Origin: Pecten maximus
Lineage: Eukaryota
Direction: 5' to 3'
Length of the DNA stretch: 64,000 nucleotides
NCBI RefSeq assembly: GCF_902652985.1
Contig: NC_047024.1
Span: forward strand, 23,312,001 to 23,376,000
Notes under the pieces: generated by a model
The model's database searches: none
Told to the model about the DNA's origin: nothing
What the model saw: only the letters and a program-made list of their open reading frames with translations
Position numbers and translations under genes: made by a program
In this document: piece after piece, positions 35,931 through 48,683 of the stretch
Position numbering within the stretch: position 1 is the first letter of the stretch
How the letters are laid out: each line of letters starts with the position of its first letter

Positions 35931-36264
35931 GTAATAACACGAAATACAAATTATTTAATTGATGTACTGTAAATACAGTATGTAAATAAACTGAAAGAAC
36001 ATAATAAAGATTAAAAACTGATTTCTAACTGAAAAAAATGAATGGTTATGCATCTTGGGTCTGAAAATCAAATGTCAATATCATTGCTATACTGACACCC
36101 TGTCAAATGCTGACATCTGCCGCACAAAACTCTTTTATTAATTAGATCACAATGGTGAGAGAGACCCAGTACATAGTTTGGTTAACATAGTTTGGTTAAC
36201 ATAGTTTGATCAGAGACAAACTAGCACAGTAAGCTAATGGTTAACATATAACCTCTCCACCCTA

Positions 36265-38047
36265 AAGGCCGATTAGCTATGGACCATAGCAAAAAACCTG
36301 TGTATAGTGACCATAAGGGCCGATTAGATATGGACCATAGCAAAAAACCTGTGTATAGTGACCATAGCAAAAAACCTGTGTATAGTGACCATAGCAAAAA
36401 ACCTGTGTATAGTGACCATAACCAAAAAACCTGTGTATAGTGACCATAACAAAAAAAAACCTGTGTATAGTGACCATAACACAAAACCTGTGTATAGAGA
36501 CCATAAGGGCCGATTAGCTATGGACCATAGCAAAAAACCTGTGTATAGTGACCATAAGGGCCGATTAGCTATGGACCATAGCAAAAAACCTGTGTATAGT
36601 GACCATAACCAAAAAACCTGTGTATAGTGACCATAACAAAAAAAACCTGTGTATAGTGACCATAACAAAAAAAAACTGTGTATAGTGACCATAACAAAAA
36701 ACCTGTATATGGTGACCATAGCAAAAAACCTGTGTATAGTGACCATAGCAAAAAACCTGTGTATAGCGACCATAACAAAAAACCTGTGTATAGTGATCAT
36801 AGCAAAAAAACCTGTGTATAGTGATCATAGCAAAAAAACCTGTGTATAGTGATCATAGCAAAAAACCTGTGTATAGTGACCATAGCAAAAAACCTGTGTA
36901 TAGTGATCATAGCAAAAAACCTGTGTATAGTGATCATAGCAAAAAAACCTGTGTAAAGTGACCATAACACAAAACCTGTGTAAAGTGACCATAACACAAA
37001 ACCTGTGTATAGTGACCATAAGGGCTGGTTAGCTGTGGACCATAACACAAAAACTGTGTATAGTGACCATAAGGGCCGGTTAGCTATGGACCATAACACA
37101 AAAACTGTGTATAGTGACCATAATACAAAAACTGTGTATAGTGATCATAAGGGCCAGTTAGCTATGGACCATAATACAAAAACTGTGTACAGTGACCATA
37201 ACACAAACCTGTATATAGTGACCATAACACAAACCTGTATATAGTGACCATAACACAAAAACTGTGTACGGTGACCATAATGGCTGGTTAGCTATGGACC
37301 AAACATAAAAACTGTGTATAGTGACCTTAAGGGCTGGTAAGCTATGGACCATAATACAAAAACTGTGTACAGTGACCATAAGGGCTGGTAAGCTATGGAC
37401 CAAAACATAAAACCTGTGTATAGTGACCATAATGGCCGGTTAGCTATGGAGCATTATACAAAAACTGTGTATAGTGACCTGAGGACCATAACACAAAAAC
37501 TGTGTATAGTGACCAAAACACAAAAACTGTGTATAGTGACCATAAGAGCTGGTTAGCTATGGACCATAATAAAAAAAAACTGTGTACAGTGACCATAACA
37601 CAAACCTGTATATAGTGACCATAACACAAAAACTGTGTACAGTGACCATAAGGGCTGGTTAGCTATGGACCATAATACAAAAACTGTGTATAGTGACCAT
37701 AACACGAAACCTGTATATAGTGATCATAACACAAAACCTGTCTATAGTGACCATAAGGGCCGGTAAGCAATGGACCATAACATAAAACTGTGTATAGTGA
37801 CCATAACATAAAAACTGTATATAGTGACCATAATACAAAAACTGTGTACAGTGACCATAACACAAAAACTGTGTATAGTGACCATAATGGCCGGTTAGCT
37901 ATGGATCAAAACATAAAAACTGTGTATAGTGACATTAACACAAAAACTGTATAGTGACCATAAGGGCCGGTTAGCTTTGGACCATAACACAAAAACTGTG
38001 TATAGTGACCTGAGGACCATAACCTAAAAACCTGTGTATAATGACCA
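36265..38047. repeat. Composite minisatellite of ~27-bp (gaccatagcaaaaaacctgtgtatagt) and 24-bp (gaccataagggccgattagctatg) units
   Basis: Direct inspection. Accounts for all ORFs between 36.2 and 37.9 kb. Confidence 0.95.
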
Positions 38048-39130
38048 AGTTATCATGACAATCAAAATTCTCAAATGAAAAAAACTCCAATCACATCTAT
38101 ATATGGTATGTAATATTCCTTTCTTTGTTTCATTGAAATGGGTGGACAAGGTTAGTAAAGGTCCTCCGTCTCATAATAGGGCTTTTTGGGTTATATTACC
38201 ATGGCAACCCAATGACATCTGTTGTTTTGGGATATTGTACAATCATATTAATTAATTACAAATCGGAAGGCTGCATTATGTTTCCATAGTAACAGATTTT
38301 GAAATAGCTGATGTGTCAAATAAGAGGCATTGTTAATTTTTAAAATGTATATAATTTACACCACGTGACCAAGTTTGAAAAAAATATATATCATAGAACT
38401 GACGGGCCATGTTACAAAATCTGTACAGAGACTTGGTTTCTATGGCAACATAACTTATGTTTTTTATTGAACTTGGTTCACTAGTTAAGGAGTAATTGTC
38501 CGGACAAATTAATTCCAGAACCCTTGGTTAGCAAAGATGACAACTAAGCTAAATGTATAATAAACATATAGGTTACAATACAGTTCTCTTCCATTGCGTT
38601 GTATTCTATGTAAATGTTAGTGTCTTGTAGTTAATCTAATCTAGAACCAACTCCGGACAGAGACAGTTCCGCCAACAGTAATGCTGTACATAGCCGGTCA
38701 TGTATACCTGTCGCGCCCACCGCAACTGGTAGTTGCACGTGATTTTCAATGTTGTAACCTAGGAAATAAAAGCACGTCCAACTGCCGCTTGTTCTACCCG
38801 CACGTGTCTTCGAGACTCTACAGAACGAACTGCCTCCTGTGAGTATAAACAGCGCAAAAATGAACCAAACCGTCTTTCTGTAAATAACTTTTCTCAAAAA
38901 AGCGAACATGATGTTCCTTTTCTGCAGCATGACATGACATCATTCCAAAGTTTTCTAACTCTTAGGTTCACACAACCTACCCCGATATGATTGTCTTTGT
39001 AAAAAAAATAGAGGAAAAAAATGCTATAAAAATAAAACCGCAATTTTTGCTCAAAAACAAGGAGACAAAATACGAGAACATTTTAGATCAACATGGTGAC
39101 GCTTGTAAAACCACAAGAATAATTAAGCAA

Positions 39131-39268
39131 TGAACAGTGGTTTTAATGTTTTTATAGTCGATATGGCAGCAAGATGTATGGTGGGCAAATGTAGGGTTTC
39201 CATGCTACATTTGCCCACCATACATCTTGCTGCCATATCGATTATAACAACATTAAAATCACTGTTCA
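39131..39268. repeat. Near-perfect inverted repeat, 64-bp arms, 10-nt loop
   Basis: 39131-39194 versus 39205-39268. The inner 36 bp are perfectly complementary. Confidence 0.93.
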
Positions 39269-39599
39269 ATACTAATAAACTTTTGAAAAAAAATAAACCA
39301 ACACAAAAAATCCCGCCTTTTTTAATGGCACATGACCCACTGGGTGTTATAGGCGTATGGTGGCAACTGCCTCTTAGCATTGTGTCAATGGGGAAATGCG
39401 GAGCAAATGTAAATATGACCTTATGTTCGGGAATGGTAAGCGTCTTCTGCTTCCTAAGGATAACATAACTTGCTGGCGAATATCTGTATGCGATAGAAAA
39501 ATGGAACGGCTTTGCCCATTAATACGACATGGCAAAGTATTGTGTCTTATTTTATTTTCGATATACATGTAATTCAACAGTCTGTACTTTCTGTAAACG

Positions 39600-39680
39600 A
39601 AAAAAAGACGTTTATAAGTTATACAACTTGTGTCCAATTCCTTTTGAATAATTTCACATAAAATATGTTTAAATCAAACG
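39600..39680 (+). mobile_element. Possible 3' tail of a 5'-truncated LINE (CR1/L2-like); a similar tail lies on the minus strand near 57195-57262
   Basis: ataagtt..aacttgtgtccaattcc...taaaatatgttt resembles the reverse complement of the 57.2-kb segment (aacttgagcctgatcc...aataaaataagttt). The family assignment is inference. Confidence 0.3.
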
Positions 39681-42600
39681 TAAAATACATTATATTTTTT
39701 CCTTTACGAAAAATGTCAACGGCTCTCGATTGACACCTTGAGATCAATGTGCCCTGTTTTGATTTGAAAAACGGGGTAGGGATCTTGGGGATGCACCATT
39801 GCCAAAGGTAAAGCTTATCTGATTGCAATGCTTTAGCCTGCAGCTGATCAAAAGAAGGAAATAGATTTTAGCATTTCCCAAACCACGATATTCACAGAAT
39901 TGCATATTTTTGCTTGCAGATGTCGTACATGTATTTGTTAACGATAATAAGCTTATCCATTCGAAAGAGCATGACGAAATATTAAACATTTTCGAGTTCG
40001 AGGCTTGATTCTTGTTAGACATCACAGGGAAGTTTGAAAAATGTATGTTGCAAGCTTGCCAATCAAGCTGATGAAGCTGACGTCATAGGTCAAGGTCGCC
40101 ATTTTACAGCTCGCTTGTTTTCCTGAAAACGCCTAATGTAAATTTTCATTTTACCTGTTGTTGTAAACACCAACAAACAAAACCTTAGCTATATTCCCCT
40201 TAACTTTGAGATGCCAATTTTCCTTTCAAAACACAAAATCGTGTTTAAAATTATAAACTCGTCATCAAGATTACGGATTATCGTTTAGTTCCGCTTTAAT
40301 TTTAGAACATACTTAATTTTAAAATACGACAAGTTCCTTGATCTCTACCGGATGTTTCCAATTGGTCTCAAGATTCACCAATGAATGAATAAATATAATA
40401 ATCTTCAAATTCCTCGAAAACTTGATGTTTAAGGTAGAAACGCTTGTTGAGGTGTTCAATTGACCGTGCTATGGAAGTGAGTTAATCAGATTCCATGGTT
40501 ATTTGAAGATTTCGTTAACAGTGGAACGGATTCAGAGATGTCTTTCTACACACATGTTCCATGTCTGTGAAAATTAAAAAATCAGCTTTTTTTTAAATTA
40601 CCTGCACCAGTGGTGACAATCAAGATAATAAATTTAAAAAAGATATTGTCACGTCTGTCATTGTGTCTACCGATGTATGTGTAGAAGATTAAAATTTAAT
40701 GTTGCGTTTTAAAGCCTAGACCTTGTGTTGAAATGACGACAACATACAAAACTATGATTTATAATCTGGATTAATCAGAAAATGTAAAAAGATGAAATAG
40801 TTTGATAGAATTTCAAGGTGCCAAAAGTCTTGCTGTGGAACAATGGATTTTCGTGATGATAATGTGTATGATTGCGTCGGTTTGTTATGTTCTTTTAGAG
40901 GGAAGAGTCTTTAGGATGCAGCGTACCTGTCGATAATCAGATACATTTGTACAAGAGCACGCAAGAACGGGTTGCACTCTACCCAAAGCATTGTTCTGAT
41001 ACGCCTCTATTTGTCCACAACGGTTAAATACAACATCATAAAAGATTTGAATTTTTTTCATTAAACAAATTAAATAGCAAAAAGTTGTAAAATAGCATAA
41101 TTTAGTCACTTGTTAGTTTGAAGTTCTGAGATATAATTTTCAATCAGCCGAATTAACTTTGGGAGAGGTTACAAATAATTTAAAAGAATGCTGAAGATTT
41201 GATCGAATTGGCGTCATCCTTTAATACAACGATGTCTAGTTGAGGTCGATAAGCCGGATGGCTTTGTTGTGAACCTCTGCCAATAAAAACATTAATTTGC
41301 AATAAATAAGATATCCCAGGTCTAATACGTTACTATACACCCTACCCGTACAATGGCTGTTAATTTGGGCTTAATTGATTAAAAAAATCTAGCAAATAAT
41401 TCATACCATCTTTTCAGACGTCAGCAGAGTTCAGAGGTAGCTAGAGACAGTTTTATCACATAGCCGAATTAAAACATGCACAGTTTATTAACTTTTAAAA
41501 TGTTATTATACTGCAGCAAAATCCGCGGAAATTGTTATTTTTAGAAATAAAGTATGAATAATATTTTTTTAATTTTTAAGTCTTGAATTGAAATGTAAAT
41601 TTCAGAATCCGATTTTTTTACTTATCCTAATGCTTACGATGGTGGAGATAGAATGCTTTGTTCGAGATCAGTTTTCATACATGTTTAGCTTTTGAGAATT
41701 TCTCTTTTTTTTTCAAATTGCGTTACTGACGTCTTCCGGAACAGCTTTAGGTCTTCTAAATGTTTGCCTCCAACGGTGGTCGCACGTATTGGACAAGAGT
41801 GTAAATAACGCTGATCCAATAATTTCTGATAATGTTCAGATAGGAAGAGTTTTTTTTTTTTTTTTTTTTAAACCCATGCCCGAGTGCCCTTTGTGTGATT
41901 CAATCATTTAGTGTTCTTAGAATACTAGTGAGAATTTTTTGCTTTCCTTTATCCATTTCTTTTGTCTCCCAAAATGTCCATCCTTTCCTGTCTACCCGGT
42001 ATAATTTTGATAAATGTGATCGTTGTCATGTGATTTGTACAATGACATACTTAAGTGATCTTTTTTGTTGTACGATAGATAAAATATATTAAATCACCCA
42101 GAATCCCGAACCCAAAATCTCGAGTGATTTAAGTAGGCGATAAATGGCGTGCCAGATGTGTTACAATGTAACTGTCCTTGTGGCACAGAATATTATTGTT
42201 TGTTTTTTTCCCGGTTATTAACCAAGTTTCATGAGGCTATATATTACCAACCGCACATACATCATTTTGTTACATCATTTGACATATTTCATTGCCAGTT
42301 CCATTTTGTTTAAGAGTTTCTCAAGTAATTTTTAAAACACGCCCAATTTTAACTTATCGGATGGATAGCATACATATATCATTAAGTTACAAACCTTTTA
42401 ACAAAACTTTTATATCTTTCATTTTGTGCTTTGAAGATGAAACATTAATCAACATTGCAGAACTAGCTCATAAATCACCCATTAGCATTACTAATTTCAA
42501 CAACCGACTTAACATAATGTTGTGTGTACGACATCCATTTTCTTCTTATGAACAAAACCTAATATATACCTAAATCGGTATAGTATATACTGTTAGCCAT

Positions 42601-42779
42601 ACTTAATAGAAGTATCCAGAAATATTGACACTACTACACATTTTCAGTTCATTGTTCTTTAATTAAATGTAACCGTTAATTTTCTGCCTGAAGTTTGAAA
42701 TAAACTGCATCAGAAATCAAGCAAGAATAAAGAGTGCGATATTTGCTTACCCACAAACAACAATTACGATGATTACACA

Positions 42780-43410
42780 CAAACAGTATACGATGTACCC
42801 ACAAATGGTATACGAAGCGCACAAACGATAGTGTATGATGCACAAACAAAAGACGACATACAGTACCATGAACACACAAACTATATACGCTGTACACACA
42901 TCCACAAACCATAGACGAAGTACGCACAAACGACTTACGATGTACCCAAAATCCATACACGATGTACCCACAAACCATACACGATGTACCCACAAACGAC
43001 ATACGATGTACCCAAAAACTATACACAATGTACCAACAAACGACATACGATGTACCTACAAACCATACACGATGTACCCACAAACCATACACGATGTACC
43101 CACAAACCATACACGATGTACCCACAAACCATACACGATGTACCCACAAACCATCACGATGTACCCACAAATGACATACGATGTACTCACAAACCATACA
43201 CGATGTACCCACAAACGACATACGATGTACCCAAAAACTATACACAATGTACCCACAAACCATCACGATGTACCCACAAATGACATACGACGTACCCACA
43301 AACCATACACGATGTACCCACAAACGACATACGATATACAAATGTACATATGCACACACAAACTATACATGATCTACACACAAAAGACATACGATGTACA
43401 CACAAAATAT
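42780..43410. repeat. ~22-bp minisatellite (cgatgtacccacaaaccataca)
   Basis: Direct inspection. Explains the ORFs at 42676-43437. Confidence 0.93.
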
Positions 43411-43659
43411 CACAAAGTCTTCAAAATAACAATATAACAATAAGTAAGATTTAAAATGATGTTGTGCCCCTCTGTTGGGTGAGGGTTGGTTTCTCCTTCG
43501 TCTCCTGAAGGGGGTCGTTGGAGAGTTCAAGAACAACGTCAACGGCCGCTTGTGCTGATCGTGGAATGCCAAGCAAAATGGATCTTCTGTCCCCTTGACA
43601 ACACATTATCTTTGATCTTTATCTTTCTTTCCTTTCTGCTCTGTCTTTCCCTTGCTATT

Positions 43660-43805
43660 TGTGTCTCTATGACATCCGTCTTCATATGTCCCTGATTGTT
43701 CGTGCCTCCTTGACACCGCTCTCAAATGACCCTGGCTGTTGGTGTCTCCGTGATGCCCGTCCTCATATGACCCTGGCTGTTGGTGTCTCCGTGACACCCG
43801 TCCTC
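43660..43805 (+). repeat. 41-bp repeat, first block (3-4 diverged units)
   Basis: Same unit as 44560-45100. Confidence 0.85.
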
Positions 43806-44141
43806 GGGTAGCAGACCACAGAAAGACTGCCTGGCCATGAATGATTTTTTTTTTTTTGAGCAAATGTAAACATAGATTTACACTATAATTGGTATATTCA
43901 TCATGAAGTAGATATCTAGTACATACAGATTGCAAGAAAACTTAATGTACAACATATGTCAAAACAAGATTAATACTGTCTTTGGGATAGAGATATTCAC
44001 TTTCAAATAGGTTTCAGAATAAAAAAAGGAAAAGAATTGTCATTTTGGGTAAAATATCATGATATTTTCCATTTTTTTCATTGGTTACCATGGTATTCAT
44101 AGGTCTGAAAAACAGAAAAATATGTTTACTTATCTTTCAGA

Positions 44142-44449
44142 TATGGCGCGGGAAGGATGTCATAATTAAATATTTTTGCCTAGGCAAAATAAAATATTGC
44201 CTAGCCAAAAATAATTTCGATTTTTGCCTAGGCAAAATTCGATTTCTCCCTAAGCAAAAATCGAAACCAAATTATTTTTGCCTAGACAGAAATAATTTTG
44301 CCTAGGCAAAAATCGAATATTGCCTAGGCAGAAATATTTTTGCCTAAGCAATATTCGATTTTTGACTAGGCAGAAATAATTTTGCCTAGGCAATATTGTA
44401 TTTTTGCCTAGGCAAAAATATTTAATTATGACATCCTTCCCGCGCCATA
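44142..44449. mobile_element. 308-bp MITE with TATGG...CCATA termini and 6-bp TSD TTCAGA (IS3EU-type signature)
   Basis: TIR tatggcgcgggaaggatgtcataattaaatatttttgcctaggcaaaa is perfect over about 48 bp. ttcaga at 44136-44141 and 44450-44455. Interior filled with TTGCCTAGGCAA palindromes. Confidence 0.88.
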
Positions 44450-44559
44450 TTCAGAGCTGTTTTAGAATTGCAAATGTTGTATAGATTACAAATACTAGTA
44501 TATATTATACTTTATTCTAGGTGATATGTAGGGTTAACTGGCTATGTTTACATATCTAA

Positions 44560-45100
44560 AACACTCGTCCTCATATGACCTTGGCTGTTGGTGTCTCCTT
44601 GACACCCGTCCTCATCTGACCCTGATTGTTGGTGTCTCCGTGACACCCGTCCTCATATGACCCTGATTGTTGGTGTCTCCTTGACACCCGTCCTCATCTG
44701 ACCCTGATTGTTGGTGTCTCCTAGACACCCGTCCTCATATGACCGTGGCTGTTGGTGTCTCCTTGACACCCGTCCTCATCTGACCCTGATTGTTGGTGTC
44801 TCCGTGACACCCGTCCTCATATGACCGTGGCTGTTGGTGTCTCCTTGACACCCGTCCTCATATGACCCTGGCTGTTGGTGTCTCCTAGACACCCGTCCTC
44901 ATATGACCCTGGCTGTTGGTGTCTCCTTGACACCCGTCCTCATATGACCCTGATTGTTGGTGTCTCCTTGACACCCGTCCTCATATGACCCTGGCTGTTG
45001 GTGTCTACTTTACACCCGTCCTCATATGACCCTGATTGTTGGTGTCTCCTTGACACCCGTTCTCATATGACTCAGGCTGTTGCGAGAACGTTTAACCCTC
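44560..45100 (+). repeat. 41-bp minisatellite (gacacccgtcctcatatgaccctggctgttggtgtctcctt), about 13 copies
   Basis: Period 41 (44601, 44642, ...). Confidence 0.95.
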
Positions 45101-47246
45101 TAAAAGAAAAAAAATCATCTGTCTATGCTGTCACACTTATTCGATTACCATTTCACTGCTTTTTATCATTTTGTTATGTCAAAATTTCAAAACATGTTTT
45201 TTTTCTTTTTGGCTCAATGATATCGATGTATAGGGCTTATAGAAGTTGTCATAATTTCTGTCAAATCATCCTACTGCAATTTTGAAGCAATAAAGTGTAT
45301 TTAAATCAAACAATGGGTTGTAGGATGTGCATTAAAAGATGTGAAGTAGATGACCTATCATCATAAAAATAAGTGGTAGAGAATGTCTGACTGAAATAGA
45401 TGGTTAATGCTATGTTTTCGTTTTAACTGTATGTATATTATTATTATGTAAAATCACCTACCGATAAAATACACAAAGTTTGCGCTTGTAATAAAACCAC
45501 AATACAAAATTCTCGATATATTCAGAACTTGCACAGTGCATATTTTGCGAGTTTTTTCTTTGTTTTCGTTTAAGTGTTACAGTCTAGTGTTCAAAATAAA
45601 AAAAATGAAATGAACGAAGTTTCGTGACCTTTGTTTGGAGTTTATTTATAGAAATGTGAGATTTCGATATTAGGGTAAGTTGTTTCCAGTGAGTGATCTT
45701 ATGAGAACCGATAATTCTAAGCAGTTTTATAATGATGTCATTTTCATGTGTTAAGATTTGAAACAGACCATTTCGATAGTATCTGCCCCTGTCGTCGTGT
45801 GTATTATAAAATATAGTTTAGTGTGGGGCGTTGTATGTGTGATGGCTATTGATAACTTGTGATCTGTCTGTTTTAAAATGTCATTCATTCGATGTTTACT
45901 ATGTTTATGTGAATTTATAAATATTACTAAAGAATGTTATCATTTCATTCCTTTAAAGGAAGACTATTTTTTCAATCTTTATTTAGCGTTCATGCGAACT
46001 ATAAGAGTCACTAAATTATGAATACGTATTTAGATTACAGATTTGATCTAGCATTTTACACTGAATTGGCAAAATTAAGTCTAAGATGCATTTTCCTGGG
46101 TGTAAAGTTTTGATGTAACAAAAGAAAAGAAAAAAGGAAATAGGATCTTGCATAGATTTCTGTGCTTTATATAGGATTTGTCTAGTCTGAAATTATAAAT
46201 TTAAAAAATCTATAAAAAAAATTATCATTTTATCCATTCGTGACGATTTAAATAAAATGTTTAAAACGAAGTGGGTTTACGATTTTGTTTATCATGTTAC
46301 TTAAGATAGTTTCTCAAATATTCGTGGAAATTTTTTTTTATTATCACTTGATGACACTATCAAAAATCTTTCAAGAGAACTTCATCTTTCTTTGATGACG
46401 TCACAACGCGCGTGTCGCATGCTATGACGTCAAGACAGAAACAATAGAAACCTTTATCCAACCACAGCTCGATTTGTAATGTATTTGTAGTATAATCCAT
46501 CTAATGTGTGCTATGACACTGTTTACAGGGCAGTCATGTGACAAATACTGTCCCTCCCTTCATCAGAAAATTTGTCAATGTTTCTTCCATTTTATACGGA
46601 ATTTTAGAGGAAACATAAAAAAAAGTAAATACGACGGTTAGCTCCATAGAGAAACTTGATATTTGATTAGTCTTCTACGCTCATTATCGAATCCATAATC
46701 CTCTTTCCTTGTTTGAATTAACTGTACTTGTAACAACCCCTATATCATAATTACTAAGTAACAACATCGTGTTGTCATATACGCGTCCGTCCTACAGTCA
46801 GGAAAAAGTTCGTCTTTCATGTAGAAACAACATCTGTCCTTTATTCAGAAATAACGTCCGCCTTTCAGTCAGAATTAGCGTTCGTCCCTCATTTTCGTAT
46901 TGCATGTAGTTTACATTCTCGACAATAGCGTCCATTTTATTAGAAGTGATCACATTCCTTCTTTGAGAAACAGACAGCAAATATGTCCTTCATATTTGTC
47001 CTATTGGAAATTTGGCCATAACGGAACACCATACAAATGTGTAGTATTCAACCAACACACGACTAGAAGCAGGCAAAAGATTTCTGGTACATATATAAAC
47101 CTTCAGTAAAACTTAACGAGGTAAACCATGATTGGTCCACGTGCCTTTTATATCATGAAATTTCAATGCATAATCTATGTGGTATTGATTTTTATATCGG
47201 ACTGTCGGGACTTCGGACTTATTGGCCTTCGGACTATTTGGCCTTC

Positions 47247-47461
47247 GGCCGCGGTGGCCGAGTGGTTAAGGTGTCCTGACACTTTATCACTAGCCTTCCA
47301 CCTCTGGGTTGCGAGTTCGAAACCTACGTGGGGCAGTTGCCAGGTACTGACCGTAGGCCGGTGGTTTTTCTCCGGGTACTCCGGCTTTCCTCCACCTCCA
47401 AACCTGGCACGTCCTTAAATGACCCTGGCTGTTAATAGGACGTTAAACCAAAACAAACAAA
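47247..47461 (+). mobile_element. Full-length tRNA-derived SINE with a Meta/V-type central domain
   Basis: A-box TGGCCGAGTGG, B-box GTTCGAAACC, central ggtggtttttctccgggtactccggctttcctccacc, tail aaatgaccctggctgttaataggacgttaaac(aaac)n. Flanking ggccttcg is duplicated. Confidence 0.9.
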
Positions 47462-47852
47462 GGCCTTCGGACTATTTGGCCTTTGGAATACTGATTGGAC
47501 ACCGCATGGTGAGGAGCCGACCTGAGGGTGGGTCGACTTTCCACCTTTTAACTATGGCAGGAGTTCTGTTGTTAGTCGGTCTATATCAGATTTTTAATAG
47601 CAAATATATGTCATAAATAATATAACAAAACATCAAAAATCTTCCGATTATAGTAGCTGAATGTCCAACCTGCTGTGTTGAATTTTATATATATTGCTCC
47701 TCAGATGCTGTTTTTGGACAGGTAAGATGGAAAGTTGTGTATGGCAATTTGGGTTTTTTTGATTAAATTTAATGTTACAATGAAGCATATAGTAGAATTA
47801 AATGTAAGCTTAGTCCTAGATATATATAGCCTGCATAACGTGCTGTCAATCA

Positions 47853-48535
47853 ATATTATTATACCTCAGACTTGTATCACAGCTTCTGATTAGTGAAAAC
47901 CATGTCACGTGATTAAAAACATTCGTTATGTCACCCTCTCGTGAGCCCTCCAAAATCGTTATGTCACCCTCTCGTGAGCCCCAACTCGGAACTCTCTTCC
48001 GTAACGTCTTCAAAAGTAGTCGAATCAGAGAAGTTCCGAGTATTCTGCTTGACAACAACAATGGCTGCCGGCGGACGCTATCGTCTGCCAACAGAGGAGG
48101 AATTGGCGAAATTATTGCAAGAAAAGGATTCTAAAAACACCAAAAGGGTCATCAATGTGGCCGTGGATTCCTTTAGACATTTCCTATCTGCAACAGGTAG
48201 GCCTAGACCAAAGGATTGTGAAAACTTCGACGTCCATACATTGAAAGTTCAACTGGGAGAATTTTATGCCGGGTCCAGAAAGACGATGGGGTACCTCTTA
48301 AAAACTTTTCTTAAAAACTGTTGATAGTAATAAATAAACTTATTGATACCAAAATTAATTCACTTATGTTTTTTTCGGTATAATAAAACAATTACTGCCC
48401 TTGTTCCGAGTTGACATGAATATTTGCCCACCCTTGAGGTGTCATGTCACCCTCGGGCTACGCCCTCGGGTGACATGACACCTCTCGGGTGGTCAAATAT
48501 TCATGTCAACCCGGAACAAGGGCAATAATTGTATA
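47853..48535 (+). mobile_element. Crypton-like (tyrosine-recombinase) element, internally deleted, with a 3' terminal hairpin
   Basis: ttattatac near the 5' end is inverted to gtataataa at ~48378. Long hairpin at 48388-48532. Internal ORF remnant of the DUF3504/KIAA1958-type N-terminus. Confidence 0.7.
48061..48324 (+). pseudogene. Truncated Crypton-type tyrosine recombinase N-terminal region
   Basis: MAAGGRYRLPTEEELAKLLQEKDSKNTKRVINVAVDSFRHFL...LKVQLGEFYAGSRKTMG fits the R(F/Y)...EE.L......NT......AV..F..(Y/F)L...L..FY...RK..G pattern of Crypton/ZMYM/KIAA1958 proteins. The catalytic domain is absent. Confidence 0.68.
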
Positions 48536-48683
48536 TTGTCATGAACATGCAGTGTGTATTACTGAACGTCCGTTCACGGAGAGGTCAGACTGTCCATCCA
48601 TCGTCGTTTTGCCCTCATGTGTCCTTAAACTTATTGCGTCCGTCTTCTTTGATTTTGAGGGATATATAATTAATTTTTCTTTG

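Noticed and set aside
32287-41224. aggatgacgcca / tggcgtcatcct-ttaa as TIRs of a 9-kb Kolobok-like element
   Set aside because: Only a 12-bp match, TTAA is present on one side only, and there is no transposase remnant between them.
36221-43437. Numerous ORFs in the 27/24-bp and 22-bp arrays, including 227 aa and 200 aa
   Set aside because: They are overlapping low-complexity translations of minisatellites on both strands, with no domain signal.
47247-47335. tRNA genes at the SINE heads (also 53014, 35930, 17958)
   Set aside because: A and B boxes are present, but there is no proper cloverleaf, and each continues into a repeat body or tail.
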